Positions 39,407 to 49,336 of a DNA stretch of 64,000 nucleotides are shown in pieces. The first letter of the stretch is position 1; each line of letters starts with the position of its first letter. This DNA comes from an uncultured Flavobacteriales bacterium (GTDB lineage: Bacteria > Bacteroidota > Bacteroidia > UBA10329): NCBI GenBank assembly GCA_937900875.1, contig CALCGD010000249.1:9977-73976 (forward strand). The letters are read 5' to 3'. A model generated the notes under the pieces. It was not told where the DNA came from. It saw only the letters and a program-made list of their open reading frames with translations, and made no database searches. Both the position numbers and the translations under genes were made by a program.

Positions 39407-41373
39407 CCGTTTTTCAATTGTTGTATCGACCAATTCAGATTGCCTTTTGCGAGTGCGTAATCTGGTTTTAGAATAAGTGCTTTATTACAGGCCTTTAACG
39501 CCTCCTCATAAAGCCCCAACTTATTATAAGCACTACAAATGTTGTTGTAAGCTTCGGCATAGTTGGGCTTCAATTCTAAAGACTGATATGAAGCCTTAAT
39601 GCAGTTTTCGTACTGTTCAGCATTATAGTATTTCAAGCTTAGATTCAGATATGCCTCTGGAGTGTTTTGCCTAATCGTTTCTTGTTCCAATTGTTCTAAC
39701 TTTTTGGCCAATGTTATTGTTAAGGCATCAAGAAGTCCTTTCGCTTGTTGGTGACCTGGACTCAATTCGAGGGCTAGATTCAGGTGCTTTATTGCATCGT
39801 CTTGATGGCCATTACTTTGTAGCCAATTGGCATAGTGGTAATGGCAATCTGGATAACCAGGCCCCATTTGTACAGCTTGCTTTAGGTGTTTCTCGCCTTC
39901 GACAATTAGGGTTTGGTTTTTTGTTCTTATTCCCAGGGAGTTTTTGGCAATACCAAGATTAACGTACAAGTATGGATGCCCACCATAAGAGGTTTTTAAG
40001 GCACGTTCAAAAAAGGATATGGCCGATTCCATTCTGCCCATTCGCATTTCGGTGAGGCCGTAATTCATAAGGCCGCGACCATTATTAGGACTCTTTATTG
40101 TTACATCTTTCCACAAAGAGGCATCATTATCCCAAACCTCATTTCGCTGAAAAGTACCATGGGCGTGAGCGCCTAAAAAGCAGCTGAGGATGAGTGTAAC
40201 TGCCATTTTTGAAACCACTGATGGTTTTCCCTTTGTGATTGAATCGAAAGCTAAGTAACCGGCCCAAACTGATGCTATTACCAACCCGATGTATGGAAAA
40301 AATGTACGATGATGGTTCATTACTTCAGCAAGCGGAACAATACTCGAGCTAGGGATAAGCGCCACGTAAAACCAGAAAATTCCGAAAGCGATTGGAAGTG
40401 TTTTCCTGTTTAATGCGGCCTTAAAGGCTATGAATAAGGTGATTAATATTACCGTCAATCCAAACACCACCTTACCAGAGACTAAGTCCGTAATTAAGGC
40501 TAGGTCGGAATCTGCAGTGAGTCCTGTCGGATAGAAAAAGGTTTTGATATAAACCCAGAATATATAAGGTTGTGTATTTAGATATTCTAAGGCGTTTACA
40601 TCACTCGGTTTCCATGTTTCAGAAAACATGGATCGAGTGAAAAAATACATAGCAGCACCAAACAAAAAGAAGGGTAACGTGCCTTTTAATGAAGCCCGAA
40701 TTTTCGGAATCACTTTGGCTTTTTCGTCTTTCACGAAGAAAGAAGGCGTTTCTAACAGGAAGTCATAAAGGAATAAGATTGGTGCCAGCATCAGAGTTGT
40801 TGGCTTTGCCAAACACCCAATAATCAATGGGATTAAGGCAATTTCCTTGCTCCAGCCTTTGTTGCTTATGTAGATTAAAACAGCAGATAGAACCATCAAA
40901 GTGGAAAATCCATCTGACCGAGCGATGATGTAGTTAATGGTTTCAGCCGTGGCGGTATGAAACCCAAAAAACGAGGCGCCTATTACAGCTAGTAAGTAAT
41001 GTTTTTGGCCATCAGTTTTCTCAAAAATGCGGAGCAAAAGCAAGTACAATAACCCAAGCAGCAGAAGAAATTCTAGGTATATGTGCCAGTGAAAAACTTT
41101 AGGATTGAGCGATCCGGCTATCCAATAATCTATGGCATTTAAACTTGTAATTACTGGTCGGTATGCCTGATTTGTAGGCAAGCTGCTGGTAGTTTCAGAG
41201 TCCTGAAAAAATTGTGGGAGATTGTCAATGTTCTTTATAAAGCCATTGTTGACTATTGTGTGGCTGTCGTCAAAATGAAAACCATTATCGAAATGATTCC
41301 AATACACTGCTGTAAGCGCAGCGATAAGAAAAATGGCTAGGAAAAACGCAAAAGATTTGGAATTCATGTTCAT
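39400..41373 (-). CDS. TMTC-like GT-C glycosyltransferase fused to C-terminal TPR repeats
   Basis: 657 aa; ~440-aa polytopic membrane domain with a first-loop FHFDDSHTIVNNGFI motif, followed by ~200 aa of TPR repeats. The motif compares to FVHDDxxAIVNNP of eukaryotic TMTC O-mannosyltransferases, and to the DD/DE motif of GT-C enzymes such as ArnT and PMT. Confidence 0.55.
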   Translation of the reverse strand: MNMNSKSFAFFLAIFLIAALTAVYWNHFDNGFHFDDSHTIVNNGFIKNIDNLPQFFQDSETTSSLPTNQAYRPVITSLNAIDYWIAGSLNPKVFHWHIYLEFLLLLGLLYLLLLRIFEKTDGQKHYLLAVIGASFFGFHTATAETINYIIARSDGFSTLMVLSAVLIYISNKGWSKEIALIPLIIGCLAKPTTLMLAPILFLYDFLLETPSFFVKDEKAKVIPKIRASLKGTLPFFLFGAAMYFFTRSMFSETWKPSDVNALEYLNTQPYIFWVYIKTFFYPTGLTADSDLALITDLVSGKVVFGLTVILITLFIAFKAALNRKTLPIAFGIFWFYVALIPSSSIVPLAEVMNHHRTFFPYIGLVIASVWAGYLAFDSITKGKPSVVSKMAVTLILSCFLGAHAHGTFQRNEVWDNDASLWKDVTIKSPNNGRGLMNYGLTEMRMGRMESAISFFERALKTSYGGHPYLYVNLGIAKNSLGIRTKNQTLIVEGEKHLKQAVQMGPGYPDCHYHYANWLQSNGHQDDAIKHLNLALELSPGHQQAKGLLDALTITLAKKLEQLEQETIRQNTPEAYLNLSLKYYNAEQYENCIKASYQSLELKPNYAEAYNNICSAYNKLGLYEEALKACNKALILKPDYALAKGNLNWSIQQLKNGQ

Positions 41374-42392
41374 CTATTAGCCTTCGACACTTTGTCAATT
41401 AACCCGCTGATTGATAGAGAGTCAAAATGTTTGAGGTTCGAATATAGGGCAGGCAAACCAATTGTTGCTGACCAAAAGACTGAAATAAGCCGAGTAATAA
41501 CTCCAATTAGGAGACCATCTTCAAGTTGAAATCCAGCAGCAGAAAACACAACTCCAATCATTACTTCCTGAATACCCAAGTTGCCTGGTAATAGTCGGAT
41601 TAAGAGCACAACTCTTAAGACCAACACTACTAAAAAAACGGATGGAAACTCACTTTCAACTCCTAAAACTTCAGCAGTTTTCCAAAACCAGATTGCTTGT
41701 ATTGTGACTGAGACGCTAGTTGAAATGAGCAGGCCAAAAAAGAGTTTAGTGTTTCTAAACTGATCTGCTAATTGTAACTGAACATTGATGAAAAAGTTGA
41801 TGATTTTGTTCAATGCACCATCGCCATCTCTTGGTTTGGATGGCAAAACATGAAGCGTAGCCCAAAGACCAGCTAATGCAATTCCCATTAGTATTATGGT
41901 AAATCGAAGTTCGAAAGATTGAACTGGAATTAAATACGCTAAAGCCAGCCCAACAATCACGGTTAAAAAAATGCTATTGAGGAAAACCATGAGACCCAGC
42001 GAAAACCCTTTGCTTAGATCGAGGTTATACTTGTGCTTCGAATAGAAAACCTGAAATAGCATGCCACCCTTCATAGGCATGAGGTATAAAAACAAGTGCA
42101 TCATTAAGGGCAGCGTAACGATTTCGCTTTTATCGATCTTGAGTTGATAATGAAGCCAAAACCCCATCCACATTATGACGCCAAACGAGATGTGAAACAA
42201 CAATCCCAACCCTAGCAGTAGAAAGATTTGAACCGTAGAGGTTGAACTGAATAAATGCGATAAATCGACTTCTCGAAACGTGAATGCCACCACACCAAAA
42301 AAGAGTGCGGCCGCCAAACTGAAAACCCCTATAGAACCTAACTTGGACAAATGAAAATCACTGAGTGTGCAAAATAGGTAGAAGAGCGCCAT
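41370..42392 (-). CDS. flippase-like domain membrane protein (UPF0104 / LPG-synthase TM-region family)
   Basis: 340 aa; about eight TM helices; LPGNLGIQEVMIGVVFSAAG resembles the PGGLGxxE motif of this family; 4-nt overlap with the downstream GT-C gene. Confidence 0.5.
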   Translation of the reverse strand: MALFYLFCTLSDFHLSKLGSIGVFSLAAALFFGVVAFTFREVDLSHLFSSTSTVQIFLLLGLGLLFHISFGVIMWMGFWLHYQLKIDKSEIVTLPLMMHLFLYLMPMKGGMLFQVFYSKHKYNLDLSKGFSLGLMVFLNSIFLTVIVGLALAYLIPVQSFELRFTIILMGIALAGLWATLHVLPSKPRDGDGALNKIINFFINVQLQLADQFRNTKLFFGLLISTSVSVTIQAIWFWKTAEVLGVESEFPSVFLVVLVLRVVLLIRLLPGNLGIQEVMIGVVFSAAGFQLEDGLLIGVITRLISVFWSATIGLPALYSNLKHFDSLSISGLIDKVSKANR

Positions 42393-42401
42393 TTTACTGC
42401 C

Positions 42402-43268
42402 TTGAGCACATTACATTTGCAGCCAATGAGTAAAGAAATTCCAGCAGAAGAATTGCCAGAAGAAGGCGACATGTCTTTTTTGGAGCATTTGGAAGTGTTG
42501 CGTTGGCATTTGGTCCGTTCCGTAGCGTCCATTTTTGTTTTCGCAACTGCGGCATTCATAGCTAAGTCATTCATTTTTGATACCGTTTTGCTAGGGCCTA
42601 AAAGCGGTGATTTTTGGACTTACAGAATGCTTTGCAAGCTCTCTGATAAATTTGGCCTCAGCGATTTGTTGTGTATTACCGACATTCCATTCGAACTTAT
42701 TAATATCAGCATGGCTGGTCAGTTTACCACGCATATTGTGGTTTCAATAATTGCTGGCTTCGTGGTTGCTTTTCCATACATCATATTTGAAGTTTGGAGG
42801 TTTATCAAGCCTGGTTTACATAAAACCGAGAGAAAATATGCTAACGGGATGGTGTTTTATACATCGTTTCTATTTATCACGGGCGTGCTGTTTGGTTACT
42901 ACATAATAGCGCCATTGTCGGTGAATTTTTTAGGCGGATATCACGTAAGCGATTTAGTAACCAATCAAATTGATTTGAACAGTTATTTCAGTACGGTTTC
43001 CACACTTGTTTTGGCAACTGGACTGGTGTTTGAGTTGCCTATGTTCATGTATTTTCTTACAAAAATTGGAGTGGTTACGCCTCAGTCGTTAAGGCAATAT
43101 AGAAGGCACGCGGTAGTTGGTATTCTAGTTATGGCAGCCATCATTACTCCGCCTGATGTTTCAAGCCAAGTATTGGTCTTCTTCCCGTTAATGTTGCTTT
43201 ATGAAGTAAGTATTGGGGTTTCGGCATTGGTTTTGCGCAATCAGGAAAAGGCAAATGCCGATATTTGA
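42402..43268 (+). CDS. tatC: twin-arginine translocase subunit TatC
   Basis: 288 aa; six TM helices; conserved FLEHLEVLRWHL N-terminal helix. Confidence 0.85.
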   Translation: MSTLHLQPMSKEIPAEELPEEGDMSFLEHLEVLRWHLVRSVASIFVFATAAFIAKSFIFDTVLLGPKSGDFWTYRMLCKLSDKFGLSDLLCITDIPFELINISMAGQFTTHIVVSIIAGFVVAFPYIIFEVWRFIKPGLHKTERKYANGMVFYTSFLFITGVLFGYYIIAPLSVNFLGGYHVSDLVTNQIDLNSYFSTVSTLVLATGLVFELPMFMYFLTKIGVVTPQSLRQYRRHAVVGILVMAAIITPPDVSSQVLVFFPLMLLYEVSIGVSALVLRNQEKANADI

Positions 43269-43296
43269 AATTAGATGAGCGCGTTGAGGTAGAACC

Positions 43297-45900
43297 ATGA
43301 GTAAATTCAAATTTGTATTCATTGCGCTTTCCATACTTGTTTCAAGTGTTGGGTATTCTCAAGAAAAAACGAAGGTAAAAGGAACGATAACCGATGCGGC
43401 TACAGGCGAGCCTTTGCCGTTTGTGAATGTTGCATTTGTGGGTAAAAGTGTTGGAACTACCACCGATTTTAACGGTAAATACCAAATGGATACCAAGTGG
43501 GGGTCCGATGTGGTTCAGGCATCCTTTATGGGTTATGAGATGATGGAAAAACCTGTTAAACAGGGAGAGAATAACACCGTAGATTTTGCCCTTGAGCCGA
43601 AGCATATTAAGCTGGACGAGGTGGTTGTAAAAGGAAAAGGCCGCTATAAAAACAAAGAGAATCCTGCTGTTGCACTCATTCAGAAAGTAGTTGACAATAG
43701 AGAAAAGAACCGAAAGGAAGGCTTTGATCATTATCAGTACGATAAGTACGAAAAGATGCAGCTCGATATTAACAACATCACAGAGCAGTTCATGAACAGA
43801 AAGGCGTTTAAGAAATTCGCCTTTATGTGGGAATATGTGGATACATCTACGGTAAACGGCAAACCGTACCTGCCGCTATATCTCACAGAAACAAAATCGA
43901 AAGTCTATCTACGAAAAGACCCTCAGGCAGAAAAAGAGATTACATATGGCTTAAAAACCGTGGGTTTTGAAGATTTTATGGATGAGGAAGGAATCGACTA
44001 CTTCATGGAGAAGATTTATCAGGATATCGACATCTATGATAATACCATCAATATCATGGAGAAGCAGTTCAAAAGCCCAATCTCCAATATTGCGCCTATT
44101 TCTTACAAGTATTTCATTCTAGATACAATGGATGTGAGCGGGGTAGAGTGTGTGCAGTTGGCCTTTCAGGCTCGGAATAGCGCAGACTTAGCATTTAGGG
44201 GTGATTTATGGATAGCCCTGGACTCCTCTTATGCCGTTAAAAAGGTTCAAATGGGAATCACGCGAAGCGCCAACATCAATTTCGTGAGCGCATTGGAGAT
44301 TCTACAAGAATTCGATTATTCTGAAGAGTTGAACTGGCACATTGTAAAAGATCAGATGACCATAGATTATAACCTGCTTACCAATAGCATGGGTATGTAT
44401 GGTAAAAAGACGGTTACCTATAAGGATATTATAGTCAATACTCCCGCTCCGGATTCTATTTGGGCCGATCCGGCAAGGTTTATTGTGGTTGAGGATGCGA
44501 AGGAAAAAGGAGAAGAATTCTGGGATACGGCTCGCCATGAAGAATTGGATAAAAACGAGCAGGGTGTTTATGACATGACCAAGGAGATGAAGGAACTTCC
44601 AGCCTTCAAACGTGCTATGAACATCCTTTTTCTTCTCATTTCTGGCTACTATGAAGTTGGTCCTGTTGATTTTGGACCATTATATAATGCGGTAAGTCTA
44701 AATTCTGTGGAACATTGGCGTTTCCGATTGGCCGTTAAGACGAATAAGAAGTTTAATGAAAAATGGCACCTCCAAACCTATATCGCCTACGGTCTGGATG
44801 ACAGAAAAGACAAGCGATGGAAAGGTGGTGGTGGGGTTACTTACCTAATCAATCAGCGGCCTTATCATCAGATTGGAGTTGAGTTTCAAAGAGACATTCA
44901 AATGCCAGGACAAGCACTTTTGCTAGCTAGCGATGATAACATATTCCTTTCCGCCAGAAGAGGTGTTGCCAACCTAATGATCTATTACGATTCGTACCGT
45001 CTCAACTACCTTAAAGAATGGGGATTTGGGCTTGGATTAGGTATAAACTTGGAACATAGAAGGCGCGAAGTTGCCGGTGCATTGACCTTCGACCCAGTGA
45101 ACCCACTTGTTCCAGACCCAAAATTGGTTGTGACAAATGAAGTGGGGTTCAATCTAAGATATGCCCCGAATGTTAAATATTATGAGGGGCGTTCTTCCAG
45201 AGTTCCAATGCTTAATAAATGGCCTATTCTAGATGTAAACTACACGTACGCCATCCCAGAATTGCTAGGGGCGAAGAACGAATATCATAAGATAGGTGTA
45301 CGACTATTTAAGCGGTTTTACATGAGTCCGATTGGGTTTGCTGATACACAATGGGAAGGTGGTCTAATGTTAGGAAAAGTGCCGTTTCCATTGTTGTTCA
45401 TCCATCGTGGAAACCAAACATTTTTTCATGACCCAAACACGTTTAACATGATGAACTGGTTTGAGTTCGTGAGTGACAAGTACATCTCAGTAGATTATTA
45501 TCATCATTTTAATGGGTTCTTCTTTAATAAAATTCCATTTATGAAGAAGCTGAAATGGCGACTTACAAGCGGTGTAAAAGCGGTGTGGGGAGGTGTAGCA
45601 GTAAGCAATACGCCAGGACTTACTGAGAGCGATGAAATATTCAAATTCCCGAACACATTGATTGAAGATGAAGACGGAAACCCAGTCTTAGACCAGTTTG
45701 GAAATGAGCAGTACGATCAGGTGACCTTTACGCTGGAAAAAATGCCATATGTCGAGGCAAGCGTTGGAATAGAAAATATTTTCAAGATTATTAGCGTTGA
45801 CCTCGTCAAACGATTTACACATTTAGACAATCCAAATGTGTCTAAACTTGGAAACGCAAGAGGATGGGGTTTTAGAGTAAGAGCCGGAATCAGATTCTAA
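43297..45900 (+). CDS. outer-membrane protein with a carboxypeptidase-regulatory-like domain plus a DUF5686-type barrel
   Basis: 867 aa; signal peptide; Cna-B/CarbopepD_reg-like domain ([24 protein letters not shown]); a long beta-rich region ending in ...RAGIRF with a C-terminal Phe. The stop overlaps the lptB start (TAATG). Confidence 0.6.
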   Translation: MSKFKFVFIALSILVSSVGYSQEKTKVKGTITDAATGEPLPFVNVAFVGKSVGTTTDFNGKYQMDTKWGSDVVQASFMGYEMMEKPVKQGENNTVDFALEPKHIKLDEVVVKGKGRYKNKENPAVALIQKVVDNREKNRKEGFDHYQYDKYEKMQLDINNITEQFMNRKAFKKFAFMWEYVDTSTVNGKPYLPLYLTETKSKVYLRKDPQAEKEITYGLKTVGFEDFMDEEGIDYFMEKIYQDIDIYDNTINIMEKQFKSPISNIAPISYKYFILDTMDVSGVECVQLAFQARNSADLAFRGDLWIALDSSYAVKKVQMGITRSANINFVSALEILQEFDYSEELNWHIVKDQMTIDYNLLTNSMGMYGKKTVTYKDIIVNTPAPDSIWADPARFIVVEDAKEKGEEFWDTARHEELDKNEQGVYDMTKEMKELPAFKRAMNILFLLISGYYEVGPVDFGPLYNAVSLNSVEHWRFRLAVKTNKKFNEKWHLQTYIAYGLDDRKDKRWKGGGGVTYLINQRPYHQIGVEFQRDIQMPGQALLLASDDNIFLSARRGVANLMIYYDSYRLNYLKEWGFGLGLGINLEHRRREVAGALTFDPVNPLVPDPKLVVTNEVGFNLRYAPNVKYYEGRSSRVPMLNKWPILDVNYTYAIPELLGAKNEYHKIGVRLFKRFYMSPIGFADTQWEGGLMLGKVPFPLLFIHRGNQTFFHDPNTFNMMNWFEFVSDKYISVDYYHHFNGFFFNKIPFMKKLKWRLTSGVKAVWGGVAVSNTPGLTESDEIFKFPNTLIEDEDGNPVLDQFGNEQYDQVTFTLEKMPYVEASVGIENIFKIISVDLVKRFTHLDNPNVSKLGNARGWGFRVRAGIRF

Positions 45901-46622
45901 TGAGGTTACACGCAGAAAACATCAAGAAAAAATACGGAAGCCGAACGGTTGTTAAAGGCGTGTCTTTTGATGTTAATCAGGGCGAAATTGTGGGTCTACT
46001 CGGACCAAATGGTGCTGGTAAAACAACTTCATTTTATATGATTGTTGGGTTAATTAGACCGAATGAAGGCAAGGTATATTTGGATGAGCGTGAGATTACG
46101 GACATGCCCATGTACAAGCGTGCCCAGCTCGGAATTGGGTATTTGCCACAGGAAGCTTCTGTTTTTCGAAAGCTTACAGTTGAGGACAACATATTGGCCG
46201 TGTTGGAAATGCTAGGGGCATCTAAAGACGAGCAGTACGCCAAACTTGAATCACTCCTGGATGAATTTGGTTTACAGCATGTTCGAAAGAACAGAGGAGA
46301 CCTGCTTTCTGGGGGTGAAAGAAGAAGAACTGAAATTGCCAGATGCTTGGCTGTAAATCCGAACTTCATCTTGTTAGATGAGCCTTTTGCAGGCGTGGAT
46401 CCCATAGCGGTTGAAGACATTCAACAGATTGTGGCTAAACTCAAAAAGAAGAACATTGGTATATTAATCACCGATCATAATGTGCACGAAACATTGCGCA
46501 TAACTGACCGTGCATATTTGCTGTTTGAAGGCTCTATTCTAAAGGCTGGTACAGCGGAGGAATTAGCGGCAGATGAGCAGGTGAGACGGGTGTATCTTGG
46601 TCAGAATTTCGTACTCAGATAG
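45900..46622 (+). CDS. lptB: LPS export ABC transporter ATP-binding protein LptB
   Basis: 240 aa; Walker [10 protein letters not shown], signature LSGGERRR, Walker B ILLDEP; LptB-typical length. Confidence 0.8.
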   Translation: MRLHAENIKKKYGSRTVVKGVSFDVNQGEIVGLLGPNGAGKTTSFYMIVGLIRPNEGKVYLDEREITDMPMYKRAQLGIGYLPQEASVFRKLTVEDNILAVLEMLGASKDEQYAKLESLLDEFGLQHVRKNRGDLLSGGERRRTEIARCLAVNPNFILLDEPFAGVDPIAVEDIQQIVAKLKKKNIGILITDHNVHETLRITDRAYLLFEGSILKAGTAEELAADEQVRRVYLGQNFVLR

Positions 46623-46623
46623 A

Positions 46624-48201
46624 CTATTCTCTACCGTAAATCCTAGCGAAGTGAATTCCTTTCTTGCTTTCCCAAATCTTGGCGAAGGCACTGTCCGATT
46701 CAACCGCTGCCAATGCACCATTATCGTTATTAAAACTCAAGGTTAGTACGTAGTCTGTCGCAGGAGTAATCGCATTATCGATACATGATGGAAGTTTATC
46801 TGTATTTCGGTAGCCCTGTACTGGGTTTTGCAAAGCTTGTTGAACGATAAAAGTTCCGGAAATACAACTATCAAGGCTCACATTATTCTCTAAATAGACA
46901 ATGCTCTCTTGAATCAATTGTATCTGGTTTACATATTTCATGTTGTCAGAGTTGTTCATTCTGGCATCCGCCTTATTGGCCAAATGGTAGAACATTAACC
47001 CTAATGAAAGCATACCCACATTGAATAGGAAAGCAGATTTTTTAGTGGCAAGGTTAAAAATGGAGACAGCGCAAATTATTACCAACGGTATGAGGAGTAA
47101 AAGGTATCTGCCAATCACAAAATGAGCTGAGGTGAACAGAATTAACGCCAAGCAGACCAAGCCAACTAGTGGGAAAAACAGATGGTTTTTCGAATCGTGT
47201 TTCGAGAAAAAAGTTGCCAGCCAAATTGTGGCTACGATTATTACAGCTGGAAAAACCCAGTAATAATACCAGTTGGGCAACCAAGAACCTGTTCCTTCCA
47301 TGGTTAAGAAAGTGATCCCTATAAATCCGAATAATACCCTAAGAATTCTTGGTCCGCTTTGCCAAGCTAGTGAAGCAGAAGCTAGCGCCACACCTAGTAA
47401 AATTGGTCGTTGTTGTTCTCCGAAAACTGTGCTGAAAACCAATTCTCTTTTGTGTCGCCAAACTTCAGGATCAGTATCAAACATGCTCATGTGTTCAGGA
47501 AACATAAACCAACCAAACTGATTGTATTGCACGAGATAGTAAACAGATGTAAGAACAACCGGAACTCCAACTGACAAAAATTCGAAAACTCGTTTCTTTG
47601 AAAAATCTCGGTCTTTAGAGAACTGAAAAAGTTCCAAAAAGCCAATCATTGCCAGAATTAGGATTCCAGTTTCTTTAGTTAGCAACATAGCTGTTGCCGA
47701 CAGGATAAATAGCCAATACCGTTTTTGTAGATAGAACAAAATGGTGAGCGCAACAAAGAGGCTTAATTGAACTTCTGGTAACAGAAAACCAGCTTGTTGT
47801 ATGAAAATTGGCTGCAAAGCAAAAATTGCAGCAGACCAAAAACCTACTTGTTTTGAAGCAACCTGACTCCCTAATTTGTAAACAACCCAAATGAGTAAAA
47901 CGGATAGAAAAACGGAGAATGCATGGACTGCTGAAAAACTAGTCCCAAACATTGTCATCCAGCAAACAGCCAAAAAGTGAAATAAGATTGGATGCCCTCT
48001 CGAAAGTTCGGGGTCTATAGAATTTGGCGAAAGGCTTGGGCCGTTTTCGAACATATCGAATACCGCTGGGGCGTATACCCACGCTTCGTCCCAGAAATAA
48101 GGAAGGTTGAGAAACGGCAGATTAATGAGAACGAATAAGAAGCAGATAAGTGCAACCGCAACATCCCAAATACAAGCGTATTTCCTAATGGTTGAAAACA
48201 A
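46624..48201 (-). CDS. GT-C glycosyltransferase, ArnT/PMT-like (GT83/GT39 family)
   Basis: 525 aa polytopic membrane protein; first-loop LPYFWDEAWVYAPAVFDM matches the DEARYA...EM signature of ArnT-like transferases. Confidence 0.55.
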   Translation of the reverse strand: MFSTIRKYACIWDVAVALICFLFVLINLPFLNLPYFWDEAWVYAPAVFDMFENGPSLSPNSIDPELSRGHPILFHFLAVCWMTMFGTSFSAVHAFSVFLSVLLIWVVYKLGSQVASKQVGFWSAAIFALQPIFIQQAGFLLPEVQLSLFVALTILFYLQKRYWLFILSATAMLLTKETGILILAMIGFLELFQFSKDRDFSKKRVFEFLSVGVPVVLTSVYYLVQYNQFGWFMFPEHMSMFDTDPEVWRHKRELVFSTVFGEQQRPILLGVALASASLAWQSGPRILRVLFGFIGITFLTMEGTGSWLPNWYYYWVFPAVIIVATIWLATFFSKHDSKNHLFFPLVGLVCLALILFTSAHFVIGRYLLLLIPLVIICAVSIFNLATKKSAFLFNVGMLSLGLMFYHLANKADARMNNSDNMKYVNQIQLIQESIVYLENNVSLDSCISGTFIVQQALQNPVQGYRNTDKLPSCIDNAITPATDYVLTLSFNNDNGALAAVESDSAFAKIWESKKGIHFARIYGRE

Positions 48202-48245
48202 ATTATGAGCCTTTTAACGGTAAGACTAGACCGTAAAGCGGATAA

Positions 48246-48497
48246 CTACGCTTCGGTAAGTTCAAACTCGAAACTTTCCATAATCTGGTTAGCCAATAAT
48301 TCTTTACAGGCTTTTTCTACCTTTTCTTTAGCCGCAGCTTCGTTTTCGGCCTCAACGTCTAAAGAGATGTGTTTGCCAATTCTCACGTTGCCAACTTCGG
48401 GCAGCCCAAGATTTTTCATACTAGAGCTAACTGCTTTGCCTTGTGGGTCTAAGAGTTCCTTTTTTGGCATTACATCAATCTCGGCTTTAAACTTCAT
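48246..48497 (-). CDS. purS: phosphoribosylformylglycinamidine synthase subunit PurS
   Basis: 83 aa; PurS family fold sequence (KAEIDVMPKKELLDPQGKAV). Confidence 0.85.
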   Translation of the reverse strand: MKFKAEIDVMPKKELLDPQGKAVSSSMKNLGLPEVGNVRIGKHISLDVEAENEAAAKEKVEKACKELLANQIMESFEFELTEA

Positions 48498-49233
48498 TTC
48501 GCTTGCTAACTAGGTTGTTGATTATGGAAATAATGATGTACAAAGATAAGATGATAGGTATTGCAACGGGTCTCAGAATTATCAACAGAACCACGGAAAT
48601 TATCAAGAAAACAAATCGAAATTCATTGCCTTTCCATCCAAACGATTTGAATTTCATTGCTAACAACGGAATATCCGTAACCATTAAGGCCGAAAACCCT
48701 ACAGAAGACCCTATAATAAACCACTTGTCTACAATCACTGTTTCTGGGTTCCACCACAAATGCAAAGGCATAAATTCTATCATTAATGGAATGGATATAA
48801 CCCAAAGAGCAGTGGCCGGAGTTGGCACTCCTCTAAAGCTATCAGTTTGCCTGGTGTCTACATTAAATTTGGCTAATCGTAATGCAGAAAAAACTGGAAT
48901 GGCTAGTGGGAAAATGAGAATGGGATGTTCTATGAAACTGTTTAATCCATTAAGAACGAAGCTAGTAGAAACGCTTAAGTAATGCAGTAAGATTAGTCCA
49001 GGAACAACTCCAAAAGTTACCATGTCTGCAAGAGAATCAAGTTCTGCCCCAATTGGAGAACTCACTTTTAATAATCGCGCTACAAAACCGTCAAAAAAAT
49101 CAAACACGGAAGCCGCAACAACCAAATAAGCTGCAGTTAACGGGTCTCCTGCCAGAACTGAAATAATGGCTAAACATCCGCATACCAGGTTTAGCGTGGT
49201 AATGAAATTTGGAATGTGCTTAATCGGGTTCAT
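48487..49233 (-). CDS. CDP-alcohol phosphatidyltransferase, probably phosphatidylserine synthase
   Basis: 248 aa; DG-x2-AR-x8-G-x3-D-x3-D motif (DFFDGFVARLLKVSSPIGAELDSLAD); size and TM layout typical of Bacteroidota PssA. Confidence 0.65.
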   Translation of the reverse strand: MNPIKHIPNFITTLNLVCGCLAIISVLAGDPLTAAYLVVAASVFDFFDGFVARLLKVSSPIGAELDSLADMVTFGVVPGLILLHYLSVSTSFVLNGLNSFIEHPILIFPLAIPVFSALRLAKFNVDTRQTDSFRGVPTPATALWVISIPLMIEFMPLHLWWNPETVIVDKWFIIGSSVGFSALMVTDIPLLAMKFKSFGWKGNEFRFVFLIISVVLLIILRPVAIPIILSLYIIISIINNLVSKRNEV

Positions 49234-49336
49234 AAAGCGAAGGTAGCAATGTGACTATTCTATCGCTTCTAAATTCAATAACAGAATTTTATCAACCTGA
49301 ATCTTTATTTGCATCGTAGATTGCAGGTGGAGATTC

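Noticed and set aside
41435-41443. GGTTCGAAT (tRNA T-loop-like motif)
   Set aside because: It lies inside the flippase-like CDS with no acceptor or anticodon stem context. No tRNA cloverleaf could be assembled here or in any intergenic region.
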